Assembly (NCBI GenBank): GCA_032718475.1
Contig: JAUCBJ010007622.1
Location: 59,675-123,674, forward strand
Direction of reading: 5' to 3'
Origin: Nemertoderma westbladi
Lineage: Eukaryota; Animalia; Xenacoelomorpha
DNA length: 64,000 nucleotides
Below the pieces are notes generated by a model. The model worked only from the letters and a program-made list of their open reading frames with translations. It made no database searches and had not been told where the DNA came from. Shown here one piece after another: positions 46,277-57,063 of this stretch. The translations under genes were made by a program, and so were the position numbers. Each line of letters opens with the position of its first letter. Position 1 is the first letter of the stretch.

Positions 46277-49200
46277 CCACGAAGCTAAGGAAAATCAACT
46301 ACTTTCGCTAAGAAAGATTTTCCTTAGCTGAGATGGTCTATTCATAGTGGGCTATTTTACTTGTGTGAGGCAGATTTGGGGTTTTTTGATAGGCGAAAAA
46401 ACTAGCCTTTAAAAGTACCCTGAAATTTTGCATGTATATACTACTCGGCGAGGCGCATCTTTTGGGCCGGGTCTCATATCCAGGAAAAATCTGGTTTCCA
46501 TGGCAACGGACTTCAAAAAAAGTCTATGTATTTCAAGTCAATATTTATAACTCTATTTGTAGGAAAACTATAATAGATTTAAACTTGGGGTTTTGCAACA
46601 CAACTATAAGGTCCATAGCAGATCCGATTGAGGCTAAATAGAAAATCCAGTTACGTTGGCAACCGGGATAAACAGATGTTAAAATTTATAAAATGATAAT
46701 TTGAGGCCTAAGGGCAAGGTGTTATGACTTGAGACCAACCCCTACCCCCACTATATAACTTATTCTGCATCCGAATTACATTGTTCTATTTTTCAGTTAC
46801 CATGACAACAGCCGAAAACAGATGTTTTTATACAAAAATTATTCATTTGGACATAGACTTCGCGATAAAATTTTACAAAACTGGGTATGTGTTATCTGCA
46901 CCACTAGTTGGAACTTTTAGTGAAACTTAAATCATTCCAGAAATTTAGTTACCATGGTAACTGTAGTTTATTAAACTCTATATCATTCAAGTCTATATTG
47001 ATAACTCTATTTCTAGCAAAACTGTAATATATATAAACTTGGGGTTTTGTAACTCATCTATAATTTCCATATCCATCCAAGCCGTTTGAGGTTAATTAGA
47101 AAGTACAGTTACCATAGCAACAAGACTAAACAGATGTTACTATTTATAAAATGATAATTTGAAGCACAAGTTAATAGTATTATGACTTGGGACCAAGACC
47201 TACCCCCACTATATGACTTATTCTGCATCCGAATTACATTATTATATTTTTCAGTTTCCATGACAACCACTGCAAACAGATGCATTTTGATAGAAAATCG
47301 GTAATTTGGACATAAACTACAATATTTTCTGAAACTCGGTATATGTGTTATCCACGAAGTTAAGGAAAATCAACTACTTTCGCTAAGAAAGATTTTCCTT
47401 AGCTGAGATGGTCTATTCATAGTGGGCTGTTTTACTTGTATGGAGCAGATTTAGTGTTTTTTGATAGGTGAAAAAACTAGCCTTTAAAAGTACCCTGAAA
47501 TTTTGCATGTATATACAACTCATCAAGGCGCGTCGTGTGGGATGGGTCTCATATCCAGGAAAAATCTGGTTTCCATGGCAACGGACTTAGAAAAAAGTCT
47601 ATGTATTTCAAGTCAATATTTGTAACTCTATTTGTAGGAAAACTATAATACATATAAACTTGGGGTTTCCCAACACAACTATAAGGTCCATAACAGAGCC
47701 AATTGAGGTTAAATAGAAAATCCAGTTACCTTGGCAACCGGGCTAAACAGATGTTAAAATTTTTAAAATGTTAATTTGAAGCCTAAGGTTAAGGTGTGAT
47801 GACTTGGGACCAATCCCTACCCCCACTATATAACTTATTCTGCGTCCGAATTTGATTGTTCTATTTTGCAGTTACCATGACAACCGCTGAAAACAGATGT
47901 TTTTATACAACAATTATTCATTTGGACATAGACTTCACGATAAAATTTTACAAAACTGGGTATGTGTTATCTGGACCACTAGTTGGAACTTTTAGTGAAA
48001 CTCAAAACATTCCAGAAATATCTAGTTACCATGGTAACTGGAGCTTATTAAAGTCAATATCATTCAAGTCTATATTTTTAACTCTTGTTTGTAGGAAAAC
48101 TGTATTAGATATAAATATTGGGTTTCCCAACTCAACTATAAGGAAGGTCCTTAGAGGAGCCAATTGTGGTTAATTAGAAAATCCAGTTACCTTGGTAACC
48201 AGGCTAAACAGATGTTATAATTTAAAAAATTATAATTAGAAACACAAGTTAAAGGCATTATGACTTGGGACCAACCCCTACCACCATAATATCACTTATT
48301 CTGCATCCAATCTACGTTGTTCTATTTGCCAGTTACCTTGACAACCACTGCAAACAGACTTTTTAACAAATTAATAATTAATTTTGCACATAAACTACTC
48401 AATGAAGCTTCCTTGAAGTCGATGTGTCACCTGGAACCACAAACCGGATCTTAAGGGGGGGGTACACCATTTTCGGACAACTCTTCGATTTATCACTCTC
48501 AGCGTTTCAAAATTGTTTGGTTTTGGCTAAAATTTGGCATATAGGTGCCTAAGATGCTATTCTACATGACAGGTCAGAAAATTTTTTTTTTTCGCTATTT
48601 AATATTAGTTAATACTAGTTAACAACAAAAAAAACTTGGTTGCGCTTAAAACCCTAAGGCTTTTACAGTTTTTAACCTAATCACATGAAAGTTTTTTTAT
48701 ATGATAGATCAAAGATAGGGCAACATAACTATCAGGCGAAATTTTGTTGAAATAATTCTGCACCGCTAGGTGGCGCTGCAAATTTATGCAAATTTTTAGG
48801 TTTTTTATAAATAGTATTAAATTTTATTAACAAAAAATTTCGAAAAGTTGCCTGATACTTTTATGCAGGGTGGCTATCTAGACACCCACAGGAAGTTTCA
48901 GACTAATTACTCAAAAATTGTAGAAGTAGTAGGGTTTTGAAGTTGACAATTTCATGAAAAAAATATTTGGAGATAATCGACCTTTCATTATACATAGTAA
49001 TAGTAATTTCAATAGGATTCCGTAAATGGAAATTTACATAACTTTAAAACTAAAAGAGCTATTAAATAGCGGTTTTCAGATTTCGAAACACCATTCAATG
49101 GTGCATTACAATAGACCATAAAAAAAAATTCGACATATTTTGGACCAAAATTGTGTACCCCCCCCTTAATGTAAACCTCAGCAGTTCTAGAAAACTCCTG

Positions 49201-49330
49201 TTGCCATGGTAATATGAGTTTTAAAGGCATATTCCTCTTAACTCTGTAAAGCAATGAAGTGATGAGTCAAAGAGTGTTTAATTTTCCTTAGCTTCGTGGT
49301 TGCATTTCCTTTAGGAAATGCCTTTCTTGT
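46277..49330 (+). mobile_element. Non-autonomous Helentron/HINE (DINE-1-like) element with tandem internal units
   Basis: 5' subTIR CCACGAAGCTAAGGAAAAT with nearby inverted copy; 3' subTIR at 49281-49299 followed by hairpin GCATTTCC-TTTA-GGAAATGC; second head at 47352; ends ambiguous by ~3 nt. Confidence 0.78.
48455..49165. mobile_element. Kolobok-like MITE nested in the HINE
   Basis: TTAA TSD on both sides; TIR GGGGGGGGTACAC / GTGTACCCCCCCC. Confidence 0.85.
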
Positions 49331-49441
49331 AATTTGCTGTGAAATTTTCTCTAGTTCAAATTTGGCAATGTTTTTTCCGGTAAACTGTTTTATTGGTTAT
49401 TTCTATTTTGTTGTTCAATTTCTTATTCTAGAAAAATAAAA

Positions 49442-49770
49442 TTAAATCCTAGTAGGGGGGATTACTACTCGTTTCGCCGGTCTAACAAGCTTAGTGCTAT
49501 AGTGCCCGTATGGTTTGCTGCTATATTTACTACTCCAATATGATTTCGTATCCCAGAGCGTTAGTGCCTTCTTATAGACATGACCAGTAAAAATTTGATG
49601 CTTTCTAGAAGTGAAGGTAGAGTTATAGCGGAAGAGCATTGCCTCGTTTTCAAAACAGTCTGCATAATCCTCGTGTGTTAGTTGCTTAGCGACAACCGAT
49701 CTAGATACACCTTTGGCGGTTTTCTTGATTGGGGCATCATAGGATTGAAAACTGTAGACCTTTGGTTTAA
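49442..49770 (-). pseudogene. polB: Polinton protein-primed DNA polymerase B, C-terminal fragment
   Basis: KPKVYSF..KKTAKGV..LTHEDY.DC..F.S..H.IFT...KKALTLWDTK...PYGHY. Confidence 0.88.
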
Positions 49771-50309
49771 TTAAACCCTAACAGGTGTCATATGACTCCT
49801 AATTAGGGTTTAATTGATTATCCTAATTAATCAGACTGATTAGCGCCCTGACACACAATGGGTCATCAGTGTTGTCTAACTGTCGCAGAGAGGAGCAAGA
49901 GGGTGTCATAAGTGACACCGCAGCTCTTTTATTTATTAATACTTATTTATTTGTACCTAATTTTAATTAATTATTTGTATTCTATTTTACTTTATTTATT
50001 CATTTGTACTTTATTTTAAATTAATTAATTATTTGTATTCTATTTTACTTTATTTATTCATTTGTACTTTATTTTAAATTAATTAATTGTATTACTTTTA
50101 CTTTATACATTGATTTCTATTTTTAGATTAATTAGTTTTTATATTACCAACGAGATCACTATGACATAATGCCTATATTTAGCTCTATGGTTTATAGATC
50201 CCTTATCGTTAACTTTATAATCTTTCCTCTCGCGGCCCCTTTGTCTTCGTTATTCAATGGCGCCACTCTGTCTACCATTGAATAACATTGGGCAATCATT
50301 ATCTCGCCT

Positions 50310-50412
50310 GATGTGACGTCATCAAAGCTGCTCTCTGATTGGTTTAATTATACAATCTTTTCTCCCTCCTGTTCCCTGATTGGCTAACCCATTCTAGCCC
50401 CCTCTATAATAG
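50310..50412 (+). promoter_or_regulatory. Pol II-type promoter of ORF 50531 (CRE, two reverse CCAAT boxes, TATA-like)
   Basis: TGACGTCA at ~50314, CTGATTGG twice, CTATAATA at ~50404; mirrored at ~35695-35795. Confidence 0.55.
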
Positions 50413-50530
50413 CCCCCGTTCACCACATTCCCAATCATTGTCTCTTTGTTTTCCTGAAAAGTTTTAATTATTTTCGTAAAAGTATTTATTTATTTTTATT
50501 TCCTAAACGAGTTACCGGTACACAATCACG

Positions 50531-51526
50531 ATGGCACATTCAGAAATCAGCTATTCAAGCAACGATCTGGTTTGCATCGAAAATCAGTTTATGCTACAAG
50601 ACAACTCGTTTGGTCTATATTTCGATTCGGCGAACAAACTCTTCCCGTTAACGATAAATACAACCTTAAACCAACCCATCCCGATTCCGGCAAACTACGC
50701 GCACTTTATTTTCCGTGCCTGCTACGAACTTCACGATGGACAATATCAAACCCTCGACGATAATAAACTTCATTCCTCCAACCACGGTTTCAAACTTTTA
50801 AAAAGGGACAACAAAATAACGTTCAATCTAACTACTTCGCCCGAGACGTTTACGATTCCAACTAGTATAGTCGATTTTATTCGAGAAAACATCAACCAAG
50901 TTGTGGCAAATCGTCTACTGGGTTTAACCACTCTTGTAACCTCCTTCTTCTCCGATGATCGCTTATTTGATTTTCATAGTATCGCAAACTCGATTCTTCT
51001 TCTCATCTGGAACTCGTCGACTCCGACCGAGGAAGAGGAGACTCGTTTCTTTAAACTTTTCGACAAGGATGTTTTCGCTTTCGGCGAGAAATTGAATGAG
51101 CTCACTTGCTTTTTCGCCAATAAAGTCTCCTATTACTTTGGATTCAATTATAGAGTTGGCACCTATGGAAGTATTAACCCAATGAAACCACTCGAGTTAA
51201 TAAAGCTGGAAGACACTGTAAACAGTTCATGGATCACATTTTCCGTCGCCTGCGCCAATTTATTTCAACAATATGTAAACATCTGTCGCCCTTTTATTAA
51301 TCCTACTACTCACCTTGTCCTAAAACTGGGCAATTGGGTTGCTTTTGACTATTGCACTTTTGGGTTTGTTACAAATATTCGGAATGAGCGCAATTTAGCG
51401 ATCACCAATGGCTACGAGGTTGACGATGGAAAGGCTATTGTTTCTTCTAGGGGCATGATTCTTCTTACACCAACCGAGGTCGGCGAATTGAAATGGTTTG
51501 ACGGTTACTGTTCCACCTTGGTGTAG
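50531..51526 (+). CDS. Polinton accessory protein, C-terminus possibly PC4-like (ssDNA-binding/coactivator)
   Basis: Open 331-aa ORF present in two copies; LKLGNWV...YEVDDGK...SSRGMILLTPTEVGELK resembles the PC4 pattern. Confidence 0.5.
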   Translation: MAHSEISYSSNDLVCIENQFMLQDNSFGLYFDSANKLFPLTINTTLNQPIPIPANYAHFIFRACYELHDGQYQTLDDNKLHSSNHGFKLLKRDNKITFNLTTSPETFTIPTSIVDFIRENINQVVANRLLGLTTLVTSFFSDDRLFDFHSIANSILLLIWNSSTPTEEEETRFFKLFDKDVFAFGEKLNELTCFFANKVSYYFGFNYRVGTYGSINPMKPLELIKLEDTVNSSWITFSVACANLFQQYVNICRPFINPTTHLVLKLGNWVAFDYCTFGFVTNIRNERNLAITNGYEVDDGKAIVSSRGMILLTPTEVGELKWFDGYCSTLV

Positions 51527-51593
51527 CGGTTGCGTTGAATTCACATCTCCCGTATGTCATGGGTTCGATCCCTGCATGAACCAGGGCAGTTTT
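51510..51593 (+). ncRNA. Candidate tRNA-derived Pol III unit (not a functional tRNA)
   Basis: A box TGGTGTAGCGG at 51519, B box GGTTCGATCCC at 51562, TTTT at 51590; acceptor stem does not pair. Confidence 0.45.
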
Positions 51594-52786
51594 CGTTCGG
51601 TCAGCAATAGGCCTAACGTTGCAAAATGCGGCATTATTGCCTAGTAACCAATTCATGGCTACCGTATGGTTTTCACTTTGAGACATTTCGCCCTCTAGCG
51701 GCAGACTGGGGAACTTCAGACTACTCTGTGACTCTGCATAAAATATAGCCTTTATTGTAATAGATACCGATTGAGGGGTCAAAATTAAGTAATAATATAT
51801 CTAAATAAGTCTCAAACATCTTGCCTCATGGCTCGCCCCTTAGAACTCTTAAGCAATATAACTTCATAGTTTTTAAGGAAAACTGGTAATGAGATGTGTT
51901 AATTACGCATACCTCGCAGTCATAAGTAATTAATTATACAGTAGGTTAGATCGTTTTGAGAATAGGGCCATTGGAAAGAGCGCCCTCGATAACCTCAGTA
52001 CAAAGAAAATTAATACGGATTAACCGGATATAGCTTGTTATTATAAAACATAAATTACAGTAGAACAATTAGGGTTGTAAATAAAAACAAATTAAATTGA
52101 AGATAAACTGTATATATATATAAACTTATGTATTAAAAGAGGGCCCTATTTAATTATACAGTATACTGAAAATGGTTAGCGATACCATAATTAGATTATC
52201 GATAGGGATGCGGCTTCCTTAAATGAGGCAATCCTGGCCTAGATATAGGAAAGAACCCAAGTGATGCCGGCTATAGTGAGAACAAAGGAGGGCCGCTAGA
52301 GCATTAGCCTTGAGCGATATACGGATTTGGTGTAGTCAAGGCCGCGATGGGATTATTAGTGAGTCATCGAAGGGGCTGCTAACAGACGGGACTGCTCATT
52401 TATATTTGCCTTGGGGGTATACGTGTAGATTCACTAGTAGTACGTTAAACAACGTGATTGAGACAGCGTCTGCCATAGTCTACCATGTTAAAGAATTTGC
52501 CGAACGGCTCTTGCCCCGCCTACTTACTATGATTACTATTGTTGCCCCACCCACTTACTATGGTTACCATGGTTACCATTGTGCATATGTAACATATGTC
52601 ACCGCTGTGTATATATGTGACATATGCGGTATAAGACCAGTTTGCAGGCGGAAGTAATTTAATTAATTCGTGTCTACCGGTCGGCGTTTGACCTTGAACC
52701 GCAATAGGTAAAACCCAATATAGTAAGTGGGTTGCAGACGTTTGTTATTATAAAAGTCTTTAACATGATTTGATTATTCTACCTAT

Positions 52787-53365
52787 GGGGCGAGCCATGA
52801 AGTGAGTGATAGCGCCGAAGTGTGAGTGATAGCGCCGAAGTAAGGTTATGACGCAACAACTAAAAAAGGTAAATAAACACAGACTTATGGGGGCGAGCCG
52901 TGAAGTGAGTTCTTCCTCACCCACAACATCATTACCACTACCACCATCACCCGACGTCCCCTTCATTCCTTTCCAACATTGAAAAAATGGGGCGAGCCGT
53001 GAAGTGAGTATAAGGTTATAGTATTTATAATATTATTTTAATTTGATTATTCTACCTATGGGGCAAGCCATGAAGTGAGTGATAGCATCGAAGTAAGGTT
53101 ATTGTATTCAACTAATGACAGCCACCAATATTACAATTCTATAGTTATTGCTAAGCAACTAGTTGTGGGGCGAGCCGTGAAGTGATTATTGTTATTATAA
53201 TAATTTTCGAAATTATTACTTACATTAATTTTCGGTAGGTGGTGGTGGTATATAGGCGCTATCGGTGAGTTGTCTTATCGCCGTCCGATGCCAACATAAG
53301 TTTTAATTGCCAATAATTCTGTTATACAGTGATTTGATGAAAAAATAGGTCGAGCCATGAATCGA
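52787..53365 (+). repeat. Interspersed ~21-bp repeat GGGGCGAGCCRTGAAGTGAGT
   Basis: Copies at 52787, 52890, 52989, 53060, 53167, degenerate at 53348; inverted core at 51826-51839. Confidence 0.85.
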
Positions 53366-53497
53366 ACGAAGCCTTAGAATATGGGTACCTACGCGGCGCG
53401 GAGTGAGCAAAGCCTTTAGCGTGTGGGTACTATTGTTGAATTTTGGTAATTATTTATTGTTATTATATTAATTGTTGAAATTAAATTATTACTTACA

Positions 53498-53923
53498 TTA
53501 ATGTTGGGTGGTAGGTGGCGTCCTTGTTTCCCCCACCATTCTTGGGGGGCAGGCACAAGTTGGGCGGACTACCCCACCAACAATTCTACCTGGTTCTGCA
53601 GGGACTACCCCTTCTTGCGGCGGATCCGGGGGGAACCACGGCGATAAGCCACGACCACGCCCTCGGGGCCGCTTATTTGGAAATACCATGGCAATAGGCC
53701 TAAGAGGCCTACCAATCGCCGGATAAAAATTGATAGGCCTATACAACGCTGCCATCGGTGTATTAGGCCTTCTAAGGGGTTCAATGGTACCCCCGCGACT
53801 CCCCACACCGTAAGTTTGGGGCACCCTACCGGAAACAGGTATTTGTTGGATGGCGGCTGGATGGACGGGGTTGTTGTCGGTGGCAACCTCCGAGACTGAT
53901 TTATTATCACTGCCTGTAGCCAT
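53498..53923 (-). CDS. Unknown Pro/Arg-rich protein (141 aa)
   Basis: GC-rich ORF inside AT-rich flanks, ATAATG start context like neighbouring genes, RGRGRG motif. Confidence 0.5.
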   Translation of the reverse strand: MATGSDNKSVSEVATDNNPVHPAAIQQIPVSGRVPQTYGVGSRGGTIEPLRRPNTPMAALYRPINFYPAIGRPLRPIAMVFPNKRPRGRGRGLSPWFPPDPPQEGVVPAEPGRIVGGVVRPTCACPPRMVGETRTPPTTQH

Positions 53924-54457
53924 TATATGTTTTTGTTTATAATAATTTAATAATGTAACTTTATAATAATTTAATAATGTAATTAATAATAAAGTGAATT
54001 CGGTATCGCTATTCCAGATGTTAATATAGTAAATAAACTATAACAGAACTAGCTAATTATCTACGCTTCAGCTTCGTATCTATATATGGTTTATTTCTTT
54101 TGTGAAACCAGTCACATATGCGAGTAAATTGAACCCAGACCTTTGATTGTCGTTAGAGCGTTTAATTATTGTCTAATGTGCGTAGCGTGGATTGAGATTC
54201 TGGCCTTTGTGTTAACTGCGTAGGTTGGGCGGCAGATGCTTGTTATATAACGGAAAGAGTTGGGTCCCAATGTGCTCTATACCAATTATTACGGTGTGAA
54301 GACCCCAACCTGCGTCACTTGTCGTGTCCCATATATTCATTAAAAATATTGCTATTACTATATACCCAAGAAATAAATATTTATTATTAATTAATATTAG
54401 CGCTAATAATATGTTCACGCACCGCAATTGAATATACCCATAACCGAAATAAATAAA

Positions 54458-54913
54458 TTATTTTATTAATGAAAGTGTCCACAGTAATAACAATAAATCA
54501 TTGTACCGCAAATTAGAGGTGAATATATTCATTGCTCCAGGATTTTTCGGCACCTCGGTTAAATAATACAGACAAAATAGACCACACTGAGTCGATTGCG
54601 GCGCTTGAAATATTTTACGATTCCAAGTATGCCTTTGGGTATATTTATGCAACCAATATGATATTTTTGGCGGAGGAGCTTTACCAAACGAATCTAAATA
54701 ATAAGCAATTCTCTTAACCACGCGTACGCAAGACCAGTGTTGCCCTGGTAGGCCTATACGTTGATTATTAATAATAAATGAATAATTTTGTTTATGCTTA
54801 TTTTTTTTTTTTGCATGTATTAGGTGTAATTGGTCGATTGCGTAAACACCAATGTATTCGGGCCCCACCGGGAATTTCGCTAATTGTATAGAGTCCAACA
54901 TCTTAGCGTGCAC
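54458..54913 (-). CDS. pro: Polinton adenain-like cysteine protease
   Basis: GQHW, YLDSFG, Q...STQCGLFCLYYL catalytic His/Asp/Gln/Cys pattern. Confidence 0.93.
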   Translation of the reverse strand: MHAKMLDSIQLAKFPVGPEYIGVYAIDQLHLIHAKKKNKHKQNYSFIINNQRIGLPGQHWSCVRVVKRIAYYLDSFGKAPPPKISYWLHKYTQRHTWNRKIFQAPQSTQCGLFCLYYLTEVPKNPGAMNIFTSNLRYNDLLLLLWTLSLIK

Positions 54914-54965
54914 GTATCCGCAGGCGGCGCGGCTTCGCTTACTTTGTACTATGCGAGATCTTTAT

Positions 54966-56216
54966 TTATTCAGTTATTATTTCCTTGGCTTCCGAAATAG
55001 ATAGAAGAGCGTCATAGCTTGCCATTAATATAACGTTAATAGTGTTATCTAGTGCATTACTAAATTTCAGAATCAAATGCCCGCTTGTATGAATACTAGG
55101 TTGAATCTCATGGCTTTGGTCGCCTCCCGCAGTAAGATCGAATACGATCAAAGGAAATTGGGTACGAAACCGTTCTGGTGTTAGCGAGCAAAATACGCCA
55201 CTCAAGCTCTTGAACACGTTCATTAAACTTTCGAATTCCAACATAAAATTGTTTTCCAGAAAGTTAGGGCGATATGGATATCCGTGTATAATACGGGAGT
55301 CGATGTTTAGTTCGGCATAATTTAAACCGAAATGGTTAAAATGTAGCGGATTACTGCTTAATTCCCCGTTGAAGCTGGCGTTGGTAAGCATTCCAACCAA
55401 AATATACTTAGGTAATTTTCCTTGGATTATGTTCGATTCTGTATAACTGGACTGCCCGCCACCAATAGTGAAGGTTTTCACTTCTTGTTTTAACAAGTTA
55501 TAAATAAAGTCATTTTTTTGTGACCCCAACAAATGCGCACGCATAACCTCGGCATCAATCTTGTGGCGTTTTATTTTTAAATTAATATTCATGATTTCAA
55601 CTCTTGGGTTTACCAATCCTGCGGGGGGTTCAACTTTCAAAAAAAAATTATTCGATACTCGGTCTATACGAAGTCGAATGTTAATTCCCGGCGGCAGTAA
55701 TTTGTCCTGGCTTGCCAGGTCTAAAAAAATTGGGGCCACAACGAATTTAACATAATTCCCGCGAACGTCATTCTCAGTAGCGACAGGTACCCCACCTAGA
55801 TTATTATCAGTATCTTCATACCCACCAGCTCTTAAAATACTGCGTTTTTCGTTAGCATCTGTCAACAGTAATGTCTGAAACGTAGACTTATAGGCGTAGA
55901 ACCCATTCGAGGTTTCAACTAGCTTTTCATTTAAATATAACGAACAATTTTCAAATAGTGACCCACCCGGGTAATTAAGATGGTGGAGGGTTGTATCGTC
56001 GTTAGCCCTATTACCATCCCATGTAATTTTATATTTAATGTGAAATTTCGAATTCTTTAAATCAGTATATAGAACATTTGACTGGGGTATAAAGAACTCG
56101 ATTTGTCGGGCATTCGCGTCAAGAGTAGAAATCGGGTAGATATCCGAAAAATGTGAAGATGTATATTCTCGCTGATTTGTTTTACTTGAGAATAATGATA
56201 ATTCTAATTTACTCAT
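54966..56216 (-). CDS. mcp: Polinton major capsid protein (double jelly-roll, PY)
   Basis: LELSLF, IYPIS, IEF.I, YTDL, SLF, YAYK, Q.KLLP, G.LP, F.G...NP..F.HF, FDLT motifs. Confidence 0.92.
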   Translation of the reverse strand: MSKLELSLFSSKTNQREYTSSHFSDIYPISTLDANARQIEFFIPQSNVLYTDLKNSKFHIKYKITWDGNRANDDTTLHHLNYPGGSLFENCSLYLNEKLVETSNGFYAYKSTFQTLLLTDANEKRSILRAGGYEDTDNNLGGVPVATENDVRGNYVKFVVAPIFLDLASQDKLLPPGINIRLRIDRVSNNFFLKVEPPAGLVNPRVEIMNINLKIKRHKIDAEVMRAHLLGSQKNDFIYNLLKQEVKTFTIGGGQSSYTESNIIQGKLPKYILVGMLTNASFNGELSSNPLHFNHFGLNYAELNIDSRIIHGYPYRPNFLENNFMLEFESLMNVFKSLSGVFCSLTPERFRTQFPLIVFDLTAGGDQSHEIQPSIHTSGHLILKFSNALDNTINVILMASYDALLSISEAKEIITE

Positions 56217-56225
56217 TTTGTTAAG

Positions 56226-56753
56226 TTACATAAAAATATCGCGGCATTTATTATTTCGCTTTTTACGTTTGCGCCCAACGTTCATACCCACACTTGGGTG
56301 TCGTCGTTTCCTGCTCCTCTTTTTTTTACTTTTCGGGTTTGTAAATTCATTGTATACCCGTTGGGCGATTTGGCGAGTCTTTGGATGAGGTTCTAACCGC
56401 TCGGCCACTTTATTTATCAAATCATCTGCTTTACTGCGTAAAATACGTTTTCCTTCCGGTATTATGTATTTCCGTGCTACTTTCGCTGCTTTGGGGAGTG
56501 CCTTAGTTAGCACCTTTCTCCCTAACTTGCGGGCTAATATACCCAGACCAGTTGTTAATATTCCGCGTCCGCGCTGGCGATTTTGGGTGTATCGCCGCCC
56601 GAATTTATTATTCTTATTATTCCATATACCAGTAGATGGGCCAAACCCCGGGAGAATGCTTCCACCCTTAAAAACGGGTATATCGCTATAATTCCCGCTT
56701 CCCAGTTGGATTTGTGGGGTGCTATATAATTTAAACAAATCAGAATCTGACAT
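56226..56753 (-). CDS. Polinton basic core-like protein (PW-like)
   Basis: QLGSG, PVFKG, QRGRG, Lys/Arg-rich tail ending DIF; directly upstream of MCP. Confidence 0.78.
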   Translation of the reverse strand: MSDSDLFKLYSTPQIQLGSGNYSDIPVFKGGSILPGFGPSTGIWNNKNNKFGRRYTQNRQRGRGILTTGLGILARKLGRKVLTKALPKAAKVARKYIIPEGKRILRSKADDLINKVAERLEPHPKTRQIAQRVYNEFTNPKSKKKRSRKRRHPSVGMNVGRKRKKRNNKCRDIFM

Positions 56754-56759
56754 TATTAT

Positions 56760-57063
56760 GAGTATTTATTATAACATATAATAATAATTCTTTACTACAT
56801 ACGTATATGTGTAATCTACAAATATAAGTAGCATATAATAACGCAATAATTAATTATATATACATTAATTCGACGACAACCATTTCCCATAACCAACCGC
56901 GAGTTTCGCAGGAGTATTTATTATAACATATAATAATAATTCTTTACTACATACGTATATGTGTAATCTACAAATATAAGTAGCATATAATAACGCAATA
57001 ATTAATTATATATACATTAATTCGACGACAACCATTTCCCATAACCAACCGCGAGTTTCGCAG
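56760..57063. repeat. 152-bp tandem duplication
   Basis: 56760-56911 repeats at 56912-57063 and includes the 3' end of ORF 57017. Confidence 0.95.

Larger units (their letters stand above)
45857..49410 (-). pseudogene. TATA-binding-protein-like gene #1, interrupted by the Helentron-type insertion
   Basis: LMLFPSGAVTIVG, SYTPELF, SVFHSNKIV; N-terminal part KIEITNK..FELEKISQQI lies beyond 49330 and rejoins as ITGQSCLKPNMF. Confidence 0.72.

Noticed and set aside
46432-49254. Short ORFs inside the HINE and Kolobok elements
   Set aside because: Chance frames in tandem repeats; no Rep/helicase or transposase motifs
52310-52657. ORF ending in YICDICG (possible zinc finger)
   Set aside because: Non-ATG start and incomplete ligand set
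52787-53365. CRISPR array
   Set aside because: Eukaryotic context, irregular spacing, partly duplicated spacers, no cas genes
54212-54427. Small hydrophobic ORF downstream of the protease
   Set aside because: Non-ATG start; hydrophobicity is expected from AT-rich DNA; cannot support as a gene
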